Below, piece by piece: positions 47,634 through 60,761 of a stretch of DNA of 64,000 bases (position 1 is the first letter of the stretch; each line of letters begins with the position of its first letter). This DNA comes from Marsupella aquatica (taxonomy: Eukaryota > Plantae > Marchantiophyta), in contig OZ316897.1 of the NCBI GenBank assembly GCA_973895155.1, positions 5,593,327-5,657,326 of the forward strand, in the 5' to 3' direction. The position numbers and the translations under genes were made by a program. The notes under the pieces were generated by a model. It saw only the letters and a list, made by a program, of their open reading frames with translations, was not told where the DNA came from and made no database searches.

Positions 47634-50132
47634 ATGGGGGAACCAGAGGCACGGCCAGACGAGAGGCCAGGGACCAGATTGAGCCAGCAGTCGCGCATAC
47701 ATTACAAGGCATTTCATGGGAGAGGAGATGAGGATCCGGACGAATGGTTGGATGATTTCGAGGGAACCGCTGCAGCAAATGGAGAATCGGCCATCAAGAT
47801 GCAGATTCTTCCCGGCCTGTTCAAGGGTGAGGCTAGGCCTTGGTACAGAGCATTAGATGTGGAAGATCAAGCCATCTGGGATATCTTCAAAACACTCTTT
47901 GTTAAGGAGTTTCGACCAATTGGAACTTCAGAACTAGCAGTGCTGAAGTTGGGACGACTTCGGTTCAAGGAGAACAAATCCTTCAGGAAGTTCTTGCAAC
48001 GCTTTCAGAAACTGGTAAGACGTACAAAGACCAATGCATCTGAAGGTATGCAACTTCAATGGTTGGTGAATGCTTTGCCACAGAAGATGAGTTTTGCAAT
48101 TAGGAAGGAGAACCCGGAGACTTTAGCCGAAGCAATTAAGGATATTCAATTATACATTAATGCAGATATCACAAGCCGGAAGAAACAGCTTAAGTCTGAG
48201 AGTTCCTCATCAGAAGAGGGATCACCCCATAAGAAAAAAGATAAGAAGAAGAAACATTCTAAGAAGTCTAGAAGTGATAAGTCAAGCTCGGATAGTGGGA
48301 GTAGCAAGAGTGAGTCATCTTCTAGTTCTGAAGAAGAAAAAACTACCAAAAGGAAGGGCAGAAGGAGAGGGAAGACGAAAGTCAAGCTGGAGGCTAAGCC
48401 ACCAGATAACATCGTAGCCCTTACCGAGCAACTTAAGGCTATCATTGCAGAGGTAAAACCGAAGAAGAAGGTAGTACAGGAGGATAGCTCTGTATGGTGT
48501 GCCTTATGTTATAAAACCGGACACCATAAAGATGCGTGTCCTAAGCTTAATACTAATCATGTTCGGCATGTGGCCGAGATCAGACCATGTCAGGGAGAAG
48601 TAGAGTACTTTTTAGGAGATGCCGCTGATAGTGTTTTCGGCATCAGTGAGACTGGAGCACGAGACCTATCCAACAGACCTGCATCTCTATGGTCAGGGTT
48701 AAGGAACAATCTAGGAGAGATGTATCCTCAGATTATTCAGAACCCGTCAGTACCTCCTAGGCCGAATGTGCAAAGATTTGCGGCGTGCTATAATTGTGGT
48801 CAACCTGGCCATTTTGCTAGAGAATGCCTGAATGCACGCAAACAGGGTGATGGACAACCAGCTCAGCTATGTATGGGATTCCGACAGGAAGGTCATATGC
48901 TAGGGCAATGTCCTACTTGGTTGGCAGGCCTGGCCGCAAATCATAAACTTTTGCCAGTCAAGATCTTACCGCCAGGTACTACCCCCGGAGGAGTTCAAAT
49001 CAACCACATCGAACTAGGATGGCAAGAGGATGCCGAGGCAGAGTTCGTACCATCTGATGATGAGGCCGAAGCCCTATCAACCTTCTCAGAGGAGGATTTA
49101 GATCATGATTGCTACCGGGTCTCTACTCGATCTACCAGAAGGAAGGAAAGGTGGGATGGGCTGGCCAAAAATAAAGGGAAGGTTACGGAGGAAAAGATCG
49201 ACTCTTCGTCAACATCAACAGAAGGAGAAGGGAGGGCTCCGGCAATACAGGTAAGCCATGAGCCCACCAGTGAACCCAATCCTTCACAAGATAGCGACTT
49301 CAATCGAGATCATCCTAAGTTGTTCTACCCCTCTGTTACGGCTAGTGTTAAGGAACAACTAAGAGAATTAGAAACCCTGGAGAATACCGAAGCCATTGCC
49401 AAGGATGTAAAACGAGCAAAAGCATTGTTTGCTTCGGAAGACCCAACAGCTGTGGAGACTAGCGTGGCAAAACTGGCCGAATCCAAGACGGAGACACCAC
49501 CAGAGGAGAAGCCGATTGTTCCCTATGACCTGGCTAAAGATGTACTAGAATCTAGAGTCTCGGCAATAGTAGGTCAACTATTGAAAAATAGCCTGTACTT
49601 CCGGAAGCAATTAAGGAAGGCTATTCTCGGCAAGCCAAGATTACCCAAGGTAGCAACCAGATCAGACGTACTAATGATAGAAGAAGATCAAGGAGCCCCA
49701 GCATTACCATTAATGATTCAAGGAGAATTATTACTACGGGTACCCATCGATGGAGGATCAGGGGTATGTATTATGATTGATTCAACAGCAAAAGGGTGGG
49801 GTCTAACACCGGAGATAACTGGAAGAGTGTTGAACATGGCCAATGGATATCAGGTCATTCCCACGGGAGTGTTAACCGGCATCAAGACAGAGATAGGAGG
49901 TATCTTCTTGAGCATTAACTATGTAGTAATGAAGCCGGTAAATCCTACGTCATTCCGGCTATTGATTGGTAGGCCATGGCTGTACCTAGCCAAGGTAATA
50001 GAAGATTGGGGTAAAAAGCAGTTCACTTTTGGGACCCCCTCTATCACGGTATCCTGGGACACTAAGGATGACCGTAGGAAAAAGCATAAGGGAAGTAGAT
50101 GGGTACGACAGTGGACTGGAGTCAGCCGATGA
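47634..50132 (+). CDS. gag: Gag-protease
   Basis: FHGRGDEDPDEWLDDFE; knuckles CALCYKTGHHKDAC and CYNCGQPGHFAREC; VPIDGGSGVCIM..LLIGRPWL. Confidence 0.9.
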   Translation: MGEPEARPDERPGTRLSQQSRIHYKAFHGRGDEDPDEWLDDFEGTAAANGESAIKMQILPGLFKGEARPWYRALDVEDQAIWDIFKTLFVKEFRPIGTSELAVLKLGRLRFKENKSFRKFLQRFQKLVRRTKTNASEGMQLQWLVNALPQKMSFAIRKENPETLAEAIKDIQLYINADITSRKKQLKSESSSSEEGSPHKKKDKKKKHSKKSRSDKSSSDSGSSKSESSSSSEEEKTTKRKGRRRGKTKVKLEAKPPDNIVALTEQLKAIIAEVKPKKKVVQEDSSVWCALCYKTGHHKDACPKLNTNHVRHVAEIRPCQGEVEYFLGDAADSVFGISETGARDLSNRPASLWSGLRNNLGEMYPQIIQNPSVPPRPNVQRFAACYNCGQPGHFARECLNARKQGDGQPAQLCMGFRQEGHMLGQCPTWLAGLAANHKLLPVKILPPGTTPGGVQINHIELGWQEDAEAEFVPSDDEAEALSTFSEEDLDHDCYRVSTRSTRRKERWDGLAKNKGKVTEEKIDSSSTSTEGEGRAPAIQVSHEPTSEPNPSQDSDFNRDHPKLFYPSVTASVKEQLRELETLENTEAIAKDVKRAKALFASEDPTAVETSVAKLAESKTETPPEEKPIVPYDLAKDVLESRVSAIVGQLLKNSLYFRKQLRKAILGKPRLPKVATRSDVLMIEEDQGAPALPLMIQGELLLRVPIDGGSGVCIMIDSTAKGWGLTPEITGRVLNMANGYQVIPTGVLTGIKTEIGGIFLSINYVVMKPVNPTSFRLLIGRPWLYLAKVIEDWGKKQFTFGTPSITVSWDTKDDRRKKHKGSRWVRQWTGVSR

Positions 50133-53100
50133 AGTACGTTGGTTAGAATGCCTCACTGACCTAACCGAAGAAAGTGTCTTTGGACCAGAGGTACCCCCCA
50201 TCGGATTATGGCAAGAACCAATGGAAGGTGACTTGGAAGAAGAAGACGAAGAGGTCGAGGACTGCTTTACAATAGAATCCACCTTTTTAGCTGCAATTCC
50301 GGAGGAAGTAAAGGATGTAGACCAATTGGATGAAACGGCTAAGTGGGGAGCAGTAGCAGGGACAGTGGATTTTCTGCAGGCGTTGTGGCAGAGCCGGCAG
50401 GGTTCACAACGCCATCGATCATCGGCAAGGAATTAAATACCAAGGGATCGGCATACAAGCCGATTACGAGGGCAGAACAAATTGAGGCCCTATTAGAAGC
50501 CGAGAGAGCACAGCGGCCTGACTCTCAGGAGCAAGAGGTGGATGAGATGGACAGACACAATCCAAAGCCAAGGCAGGAAGGGGAGCCGACCACCAATTCA
50601 AAACCAAATAGACCGGCAAGGGGACAATCTATGGACACCAAGGAAGGGACCGACTCGGCTAGTCCAGCCGAGATTCCAGTTTATGGAGGTATGAGATTGG
50701 AGAGACTGGAAGCCGAACTGGACCCGAATTTGAAGAAGCAGATTAATATGATCCAAGCACGGCAATATCGGAAGCTCGACTTAGGAGAGGGAAGAGAACT
50801 GAACTTAGGGAGAAACCTAGTACCTGAGCTCGAGGAAGAGATCAGTGACTTATTGATTGAATTTCAGGATGTGTTTGCATGGAGTCACCAAGGAAGAGAT
50901 CAGTGACTTATTGATTGAATTTCAGGATGTGTTTGCATGGAGTCACCAAGATCTAAAGGGAGTAGATCCAACACTAGGGGAACATCGAATTGATCTCATG
51001 TTAGGAGCCAAATCATTTCGACAACCAATTCGAAGGATGAACCCGAAGTATTCCCTGCTGGTCAAAACAGAAATCGACAAACTAGTGGAAGCTGGATTCA
51101 TCACTCCAGTCCTGCATTCAGACTGGGTGTCTCCAATTGTGATAGTTCCCAAGAAAGCTGGACCCGATGGTAAACCCAAGATCCGGGTTTGTCAGGATTA
51201 CAGGAAGCTGAATGAAGCAACATTAAAAGACCATTTTCCTTTACCGTTTACTGATATGGTACTAGACATGGTAGCCAGTCATGAACTATATTCATTCATG
51301 GATGGATACTCTGCTTATAACCAAATCAGGATTCGGCAGGAAGACCAAATCAAGACGGCCTTCATCACGGAATGGGGGATCTATGTCTTCAATCGTATGC
51401 CGTTTGGACTCTGCAACGCACCAGCTATGTTTCAACGATTAATGGTGAACATTTTTCATGATTACTTGAGAAAGTTCATGGAAATCTTCATTGATGACTT
51501 TGCAGTATTCGGGAAGGCATCGAAACATGCTAAATACCTCAAAACCTTCATGAGATGTAGAGAGGTGGGTCTCAAGTTACACCCAGATAAATGTTTCTTT
51601 GCAGTAACCGAGGGGGTGCTACAAGGTATCAAGGAAGGGCATTGAGATTGACAAAGGTAAGCTAGCAGTATGGCTAGATATCATGCAACCTAAGAACATA
51701 AAGGATGTAAGATCCTTCTTGGGATGCATTGGTTACTATCGCCGGTTCATCAAGGATTTTGCCAAGCTAGCTTTACCATTAACCAACATGCTCAAGGCAG
51801 GAGCAGACTTCGAACCCACACCCGAACGAGTCACAGCGGTGGTAGAATTGAAGCAGATGTTAGTAGAGGCCCCAGTCATGATAGCACCGGACTGGAACAA
51901 AGATTTTCATGTTTTTGTAGATGTCTCGGGCTTCTGTATCGGCTCAGTACTAAGTCAGTTGGATGAGAAAGGAAGGGACCATCCCATATACTTCGCAAGC
52001 CGTCAGCTTGCCGATGCCGAACGGAACTACTCCACCACAGAGAGAGAAGCATTAGGAGTCATTTATTCTTGTAAAAAGTTTAGGCATTATTTACTAGGGT
52101 ACAAGGTAATCTTTCATACCGATCATGAAAGTTTGAAGTACCTAGTCAATAAGCCAGACCTTACAGGCAGAGTAGCAAGATGGATTTTGCTATTACAGGA
52201 GTTTGACTATGAGCTGAGGATCAAGCCGGGAAAGTTACACGCCAATGCCGACTTCTTTTCAAGGATCACAGGTAAACCTGCCACGGATTGCATCGATGAT
52301 CGATTCCCCGACGAGGAGCTATTCGTTGTGGAAATAGCTGATACATGGTACCCTGAGATTTTACAATTTCTTAGCACTTCCAGATTACAGCCAAGATTAA
52401 GCCGAGAGCAAGCCGCAGTCTTTGTGCGGAAGGTCAGACAGTATCAGTGCATTAAAGGCATACTGCACAAGCATGGAATCAACGGCATGATTCAAAGGTG
52501 TTTGGAAAAGGGAGAGGTAAAACGAGTCCTACGGGCCATGCATGGAGAGGAGGCCGGAGGACATTTTGCCCCAGTAACCACGTCTAAGAAGATATTAAAT
52601 GCCGGTTACTGGTGGCCCACCTTGCACAAGGATGTCTATCAGTTTATCAAACAATGCGATCCTTGTCAACGAGCGGGAGGACCAAGGGCGTCCACCAGAC
52701 ATCCACTGCACCCTATTCTACCTCTGGCACCATTCGAGAAGTGGGGTATTGATTACATTGGACCTCTGAAACAAGTACATAATCCTGGCTACGGATTATG
52801 CAACTAAATGGGTAGAGGCCAGACCAACAACGAAGGATGATGCAATTACTACGGCTAGATTCATGTATGAGCAGATCTTCACCAGGTATGGAGCACCCCT
52901 AGAATTAGTTAGTGATAGAGGAACCCATTTTTTGAATGATATAATTAGTCGTTTAAATGAGCAGTATTTAGTTAAACATAGGCCTACTACTCCCTACCAT
53001 CCAAAGGCAAATGGGTTGACAGAACGAGCAAACAGAATTATAGGAAAGATATTGAACAAGACAGTAGCTCAGAACAAACTCGATTGGGATGATAAATTGT

Positions 53101-53633
53101 TTGCTGCTGTTTTTGCTTACAATCTTGCCTATAAATCCACTACCGGTCATACACCCTTCTTCTTAACCTTTGGACAAGAAGCCCTGGTACCCATGCAACT
53201 TGAGATACCGACATTTCAAGTTACAATTGAGGAAAGAGCCTCAGCGGAAGAGAGCCTAAAGGAGCGAGAATATAGGTTAGAAGCTTTAGAGGAGGCGAGA
53301 ATGATTTCAGCCGAGAGAGTAGAATATAGACAGAATATCATGAAGCAGCAGTATGATAAAAAGTTGAAAGTAGTTAGTATTCACACCGGTGATCTTGTGC
53401 TACTTTATGACAGTAGGTATAGTAGGTTTCCAGGAAAGCTTTACACTCGCTGGTTAGGACCCTTTAGAGTAACCATGATGTTCCCCAATGGCTCCGTACA
53501 ATTGGCCAACATTACGGGAGAGGTATATCCAGTTCGCATCCATTATGACCGCCTCAAGAAATACTATATGGACGAAGATGAAGTTGTTCGCGAGGACGCT
53601 TCACAATTAAGTGGGGAGCTATGTGATGCCTAG
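50029..53633 (+). pseudogene. pol: Pol (RT, RNase H, integrase) with frameshifts
   Basis: WVSPIVIVPKK, DYRKLN, MPFGLCNAP, FIDD; VDVSG..ERNYSTTEREAL; H..H..C..C, WGIDY, VSDRGTHF, YHPKANGLTER, WLGPF; 58-bp duplication 50833-50950 and small deletions near 51620 and 52772. Confidence 0.93.
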
Positions 53634-53736
53634 ACAGGAATCACTCGGCCAGTTAAGTGGGTAAAGCAGGAAGGCACCCTAGGAACACCTTAGTATAGGG
53701 ACAAAACAAGGAAAATATAAACCATTAGGGGCAACC

Positions 53737-56700
53737 ATGGAACCCGGGCCGAGGCCGGAGGTAAGGACGCTGAGGGTGAAAACTCGATTAGGGTTAGGGT
53801 GCGTTAAGCGTCGGCGGCTAGGAAGGATCAACGGGAAGAAGGACCGGCAGAGGAGAGGGGTAAGGAGCGCTTGCAGGAGATGGTGGCTCATTTGTGAGCA
53901 CGAACTAGGCAGACGACTACGGGAGGCCAACTACTGTCAGCTGCTTAGGCAAGCACTCGGGGGGAGAGTAGATACCAACGATCGACCTAAGGAGGGTATG
54001 AGCAACGTCAATCAAGCGGCACATTTCTGGGGATGCCTGTTCGAACGGGCAACTGAGTACATCAAGACTTACGAGGACGAGGAATCAGAAAGGGCAGCTC
54101 GAGAACGGCAGGAGCTCGCTCGATTGTGGGAGCTGCAGAAGACGGCTTTCTTAGGAGGCGAACTCATCAAGGACGAGTTCCTGTGGACGCCTACCTCCAA
54201 TCAACTCGACGATCTTCTGTTTTGCAAAGACAGCGTCGTCGGCATCCGAGAGACCATCAAGAACTACAACGACATACACTGGGAATTAAAGGGTAGCACG
54301 GAAAGGTGGACCCAGGCAACGGTGCTAGGAGAAACCTCCACGGCAGCAGAGATGAAGAGGAAGGGAGCCGTCAACGATGAAGCCACCCCGGCAAAAAAAA
54401 CGAGGTCGGCGGCACCAAAGAAGCCAGCCGAGCAGCAGAGCAGGAGGCAGGGAGAAGCCGAAGAGGAGGAGGTCGATCCCATCAAGGCCATTCCAACCAG
54501 GGATGACACCTGGAAGGGCTGGGCGGCAACCCTACCGGTGGAGGTGCAACTACATTTTGCACGGGAGGAGGATGCATGCTTTACGGCCATGCAGACCAAG
54601 AAGTACCAAGGCTTCATGGCCGGATCCGGCTTAGAGGCCTTTGTAAGATTACCATGGCTGAAGCCGGAGGTACCGGAGTCAGACCTATTAGAATTCGTGG
54701 GGTCATGGGAACCCGAGACCAATTGCACGAGGATATATGGGAAGGATTTCTATCTTACTCCCAAGGTAATTGCCGAAGTGTTTGGCTTGCCGATAGGCAA
54801 TAAGACCAAAGTTGATACCAGGAAGACCTTGCCTGACAAGGAGTTCCGGTCGTTCCCCGGGCCATCAACGAAGAATGGCTTCTTCCGGAACACCTGCACC
54901 AACCCGCACATAGGAGAGATGATCGACTTCTTGCGGGTGACCATGCATTGTAACTTGCCGAGGGCAGAGATCGGCAAGGCACAGGTCTATCTGGCAGAAA
55001 GGCCAGACCCAAGCCGGGACTACAACGGGTACCTCCTCAACCAATTGAAGAAGATCTTAAAGGAGGAGCAGCAGGTAATCGGCATGGGGAGCGTGTCGCG
55101 GCTTGGCTATCACATGCCGCTGTTGTGCCGGTATGCCAGAGGTCAGACTTTTGCCCCAGTACTTCCCCTGCAGGTAAGGGCACCCGAGGAAGCTCCAACG
55201 CCGAGGCCGTTGGCTGAGAAGCCTCAACCACCTGTTAGCCCTACGATCGAGCAGGTGTTTAGGCCCAGGAAGGAGGACTTGCCGATGCAGCAACCAGGCA
55301 TGCAGAGTCTGCTGAAACTACTGGAGAAAGAAAAGAAATTGGCATCGGCAACAACAACGGCAACGGCAACAATGCAGGACACTACTACAGAGGTAGGCCT
55401 ACACCGGCTCACAAGAGAAAACCCCTTTGCTGGAGACAAGGAGAGAATCAAGCCGGAATCCAAGCCAGGTGTTCGAATGTATGTGGGAATCTCACGCTCC
55501 GAATCTGAGGCAGAATTGCCTAAAGCTCCTACCGACGAAGAGGAGAGGGAGAAGCCGGACGTCCAAGAAGTAGAGGAGGCAGTGGAGGACTGCAACCATG
55601 ATAATTCCGGCTATGGGTCGGACCATCACGTTCCAGGAGTAAGGACCTGTGGCTGGTTTGTCCCCACACTTCCAAGGGTAGTGCAAGGGGACCCCAACCA
55701 ACAGAGTAGCCCTAAGTCTCCCCCACCAGATGTTGCTCCCCCGAGCTTCGACGGCATACAACAGACGGTGCAGGAATTTCAGGAGCGAATCAGGCAGGAA
55801 GAGGAGGCAGCCTTGGCTAGGGAAAAGGATTTACCAGGAGGAGATTGGCCGGAGGACATCAGGCGGCTAGCCAAAAAAGGAAGCAAACCTCTAGCCACGA
55901 TTGAAGAGATCCGCAAGACGGCTTGGGAGCAGAGGCCGCGATGGGCGATGCCGATCACTTCTACTTACTCCACCTACGCTAAGAATAGAGCCGTGAAGTA
56001 TGGTGAGATATGTGGGGAACTTGCGCTCGGCATCTTTGGGGAGGAGTTGGAGGTAGGACCCTTTTTCCATAGGGAGCAGTTGGAGAAGCACCAATTAGAA
56101 GAAGCGGTGGCTTTAGAGAGAAGCAAGAAGGACGAGGTCATCCGGCGGCTTAGGAGGATGGAAGCCGAGATTGAAGATCTAAGGGCGGCCAAGAAAGCCC
56201 AAGATGAACTGCGGATTAAGCGGCATGAGCTGAACATCATGCAGGGGCAGTTGGACACCGCGCAGGCTGATAATCAGATTATCAAGGATAAACTGACTCA
56301 GACACAGGGAGAATTGGCCGACGCAATCAAGGACAGGGAGAAATGGAAGAAGGAGCTGAGAGACGCAGAGGAAGCCCATATAGCAGTCAACAACCGGGTC
56401 ACGGCAGAGACTCAGAGAAGGGAGAGGGCGCTGAAGGAAGAGCTCGAGGTCATCCGCAGAACCCTTGAGCAGAAGGAGGCCGAGTTAGGGAAATCCTATC
56501 AAGGGATTATTGCGCTACAGTAGGAGCTTGCATCCCTAACGGCCAGCTTCAAGGCCGACCTGCGGGAGAAGGACGCCCAGCTCGACCAGACTTATGCCAA
56601 GATGAATAACATGGAGTCTGAGGTCGTAGCGGAGCTTGACAAGGAGCTAAGAGCAACCCAAGAGGAGAGGGCTACCACCAAGAAGGAATTGGAGGAAGCC

Positions 56701-57387
56701 CACAGGGAATTGGAGGAAGCCAAAAACAAGCTGGAGGAGGCACGTAAGGACCTGGATGAGACCCAGGAGGAGTTGGAGGAAATCACGAGGAAGATGGAGA
56801 ACCTACAACGGCGGGCCGACAACCAAACAGAGCGGCTGAAGAAACAAGCCGCAATATTTAAATGCTTAGCTGCATCAGGTCCATCTCCCATTGGGGCAAA
56901 CCAGTTACCAGGGGTGGTAATTGCCGAAGGACCAGCCGTGACACACGGCCCGGTGCCGGACGTTGGCGGCAAGGGGAAGGAACCGACTATGGAGATAGTG
57001 AAGAAGAAGAAGCGGAAACCTTCGGGGCCCGGAGGTTATTCGACCCCTCAAGCCGTACTCAAACCGGCACCAACCTCCGGCATGAACACGGCAACAGATC
57101 CCGCTATCACCAAAGGTGGGGATGGCGCGGCCCAAGCCGAACTACTCAGTAATGAGGCCGGTATCCCAGATCCACCTCTTGAGCAGGCCTGGGAGGCCGT
57201 AGCCGAGGCTGAGGCCGTAGCCGAGAATGATTCCCGAGCCGATGCCGAAGCCGAGGGTGGGCCCAGTCAGGCCGATGGAGAGTTGACTCAGTCAAGGACA
57301 GGTAATCTGTCAGGGAACGAACCAACGGCAGTGGCTGAGGAGGAAGCGTTGGGGGCGTCCATTGAGGATCCACCACCGGTGTCATGA
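53737..57387 (+). pseudogene. 3' LTR copy of the LTR-encoded ORF with one CAG>TAG stop at 56521
   Basis: Same frame continues through 56602-57387 to ...DPPPVS*. Confidence 0.85.
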
Positions 57388-57955
57388 CGGTGCAAGGGCG
57401 CCGTTCCTTTTAGGAAGGGCGGACGTGGAGGTAGGAGGCGTGAGTGGGCAGGGCGGGCGCTGATCTCCAAGTTTAGGATTAGGATCAGGACCAGGAGCGG
57501 CCCTGACACTTAGCTTAGTGGGATTGCGGTTCCACTGGTAGGAGCAACACTTGTGCTCCTGCCTTGCTATACATAGGTAGATCCGGGCAGATAGATTACT
57601 GTTAGGTAGATTAGGCTTACGCTGCAAAGAATTAGGTGGATCCACTACCAGGATAAGTACCTGGGCAGCGGGGACCTCAGGGCCTCTTCTTTAAGCAAGT
57701 TTTTAGTTTGCACCAGCCGGGCTGGGATCAAGTAGTAAGAGAAGCTCTCGGTTAGTCATACAATGACCCTTGTGTATATTCATGTTTCCTCATGCCTAAG
57801 AGCTGAATAGAGTTGGCCTCACGGCTTAGTTCGCAGAGCTTGTGTATGAGATGTACTATTTGTATGGCAAGCGCATGGTATGACTCAGTCAGAAGGAGTC
57901 ATTTTGCTATTTGTGTGTCGCATTAACTTGTGTGAAGAGTGCCCACATCAACCAA

Positions 57956-59885
57956 CAGAGGAGGCTGTCCTCTCCCTCTGCTCTCCACGGGAAGGAGCCT
58001 TAGGCTGCTCTGCCTCCAATTCGGGGCTTGAGGCTCCCACATACATTCGCACTCCCGGCTTGTGTTCCAGCCTCCTTCTTTCTTTGGCTCCGATAAAGGG
58101 GTTTTCCCTCCTGAGTCGGCTTAGGCCAGCCTCTGGGGCAGTGTCCTGTACCGGTGTCGTTGCCGTTGCTGGTGCCGTTCTCTCCTTCTCCAGCATTTTC
58201 AGCAGATTCTGCATGCCTGATTGCTGCATCGGCAAGTCTTCTTTCCTTGGCCAAAACACCGGCTCGATCGTAGGACTGGCATGCTGGTTGGGCTCTTCTG
58301 TTGCCGGTCTCTGCTCCGGAACCTCCTCCGGTGCCCTTGCCGATAGGGGAAGTACTGGGGCAAAGATTTGACTTCTGGCATACCGGCACAACAACGGCAT
58401 GTGATAGCCAAGCCGGGACACGCTTCCCACGCCGATCACCTGCTGTTCCTCCTTCAAGATCTTCTTCAGTTGGTTGAGGAGGTACCCGTTGTAATCCCGG
58501 CTTGGGTCTGGCCTTTCTGCCAGGTAGACCTGAGCCTTGCCGATCTCTGCCCTTGGCAAGTTACAATGCATGGTCACCCGCAAGAAATTGATCATCTCTC
58601 CGATGTGCGGGTTGGTGCAGGTGTTGCGGAAGAAGCCATTCTTCGTTGATGGTCCTGGGAACGACCGGAACTCCTTGTCAGGTAAGGTCTTCCTGGTATC
58701 AACCTTGGTCTTATTACCCATCGGCAAGCCAAACACCTCAGCAATCACCCGGGGAGTGAGATAGAAATCCTTCCCATACACCCTCGTGGAATTGGTCTCG
58801 GGTTCCCATGATCCCACGAATTCTAATAAGTCCGAGTTCGGCACCTCCGGCTTCAGCCATGGTAATCTTACGAAGGCTTCCAAGCCGGATCCAGCCATGA
58901 AGCCCTGGTACTTCTTGGTCTGCATGGCCGTAAAGCATGCATCCTCCTCCTGTGCAAAATGTAATTGCACTTCCTCTGGTAGGGTCGCTGCCCAGCCTTT
59001 CCAGGTGTCATCCTTTGTTGGAATGGCATTGATGGGATTGACCTCCTCCTCTTCAGCTTCTCCCTGCCTCCTATTCTGCTGCTCTGCTGGCTTCCTTGGT
59101 GCCACCGACCTCGTTCTTTTTGCCGGGGTGGCCTCTTCATTGTTGTTTCCTTTCCTCTTCATCTCGGCTGCCGTGGATGTTTCTCCTAGCACAATTGCCT
59201 TTGTCCACCCTTCCGTGCTACCCTTCAACTCCCAGTGCGCGTCGTTGCAGCGGTTGATGGCTTCCCGGATGCCGACGATTCTATCTTCGCAAAATAGAAG
59301 GTCATCGAGCTGATTGGCAGTAGGAGTCCACAAGAACTCGGCCTTGATGAGTTCTCCTCCTAAGAAGGCAGACTTTTGCAGCTCCCACAGTCGAGCGAGC
59401 TCCTGCCGTTCTCGAGCTGCTCTCTCCAATTCTTCGTCCTCGTAAGTCCCAATGTACTCAGTTGCCCGTTCGAACAGGCATCTCCAAAAATGTGCCGCTT
59501 GATTGACGTTGCTCATACCCTCCTTGACTCGATCATTGGTATCTATTCCCACCCAGAGTGCTTGCCTAAGCAGCTGACAGTATTTGGCCTCCCGTAGTCG
59601 TCTGCCCAGTTCGTCCTCTCCTCCTCTGGTCTTCTCCTCTCCTCTCCTCCTCTCCTCCTCTCCTCTTCCCTCCCGTTGGTCACCCCTAGCTGCTGACGCT
59701 TAGCGCGCCCTAACCCTAATCGTGTTCTCTCCCCAGCGTCCTTACTTCCGGCCTCGGCCCGGGTTCCATAGTCACCCTTAATTGTTTATATTTTCCTTGT
59801 CTTGTTACTATACTAAGGTGTTTCAAGGGTACACTCCTGCTTTTACCATGTAAACTAGCCTAGTGATTCCTGGCTAGGCATCATA
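57956..59885 (-). mobile_element. Inverted partial LTR of the same family (older variant) with open LTR ORF
   Basis: Starts TATGATGCC at 59885; ORF 57948-59552 clearly homologous to 43086-44620. Confidence 0.92.
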
Positions 59886-59934
59886 TTGTTCAACTCGACC
59901 AGATAATAACTTTGATAAATCTCCTACAATTGTT

Positions 59935-60761
59935 ATGGAGAATGCATCAAACACTCTAAGGCAAGGGGACGAGGTTGAAATGCTCATTGATGGGTGTTGT
60001 GTAGCCCTTGGAGTTATTTTCAAGGTAAATCCAAAGGACCGATGTCACAACATATTACTTGGTGAGTCTCGGATCAGTGTGAAAATCACTGATGTTATTC
60101 ATGGTAGTAAGGCTTTACCTTACATACACAATGGGGCTGAAACAATTGAAGAGGCAAAAGACTCATGGGTTCTCTGGGACTTGGCCCATGTTCATAAAAA
60201 AGGTTGGAATGTTGATGAAGGTAGAAAGTCTTCCTCTAAGAAGCAAGGTGATGGCGACGTTTTTATTGAGGAGAGTTGTGTCTCACAGTCTCCATCAACA
60301 AAAACGACCAAAACTCATTCTGATTATTACCAACGGTCCAACTGGATGTCAGGGTTGGTCGAATTATACATTGGTTCAGTACAATCGAGTAAGGTTGCCA
60401 CTGGGACTATCACTGTGCCTCAAGCAACGGCGGCTGTTGATGATGAAATCCTGGGAGAAGACTATGTAGGGGTTGCTGTGAAAGATGTCATGGAATCGCA
60501 ATACTTTCCAAGCATTCACAAGCGACTAATTAATTTGGTTTGATGGCGAATTGATCACACAAAACTAGTAGCAACTGGAAAATTTTTGTCAAACATTCTG
60601 GTGGAAGGTACAGAGAATATGGAGTCAATGGATAGGGATGATCTGAATCCGGATCATGTGGTTGGATCCGCATCCGGATGTCGTCAAAGGCCATATAACT
60701 TCAACAAGAGGAATCAAGTTGATCCTGTTGAGAAGAAAAGGAGGCTCTTGCAAACCAAGGC
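59935..60761 (+). pseudogene. TE protein with two tandem Tnp1/En-Spm (Transposase_23-like) C-terminal domains
   Basis: VALGVI..P..CHNILLG..SVKITDV..LPY..IEEA..WVLW and second VATGTI..ILGEDYVGVAVKDV; stop at 60541; cut by LTR at 60762. Confidence 0.55.

Larger units (their letters stand above)
42710..57955 (+). mobile_element. Ty3/Gypsy (non-chromovirus-like) LTR retrotransposon with 4.66-kb ORF-containing LTRs
   Basis: 5' LTR TGTGATGC..GCACCACA 42710-47372; PBS TGGCGCTAGATGGAGGGGG from 47377; gag-pro-RT-RH-INT; PPT AAGTGGGGAGCTA; 3' LTR 53622-57955 (last ~350 bp lost). Confidence 0.95.

Noticed and set aside
42101-59885. Giant TIR element bounded by inverted LTR starts
   Set aside because: Flanks GGCAC and TTGTT give no TSD; better explained as separate LTR copies
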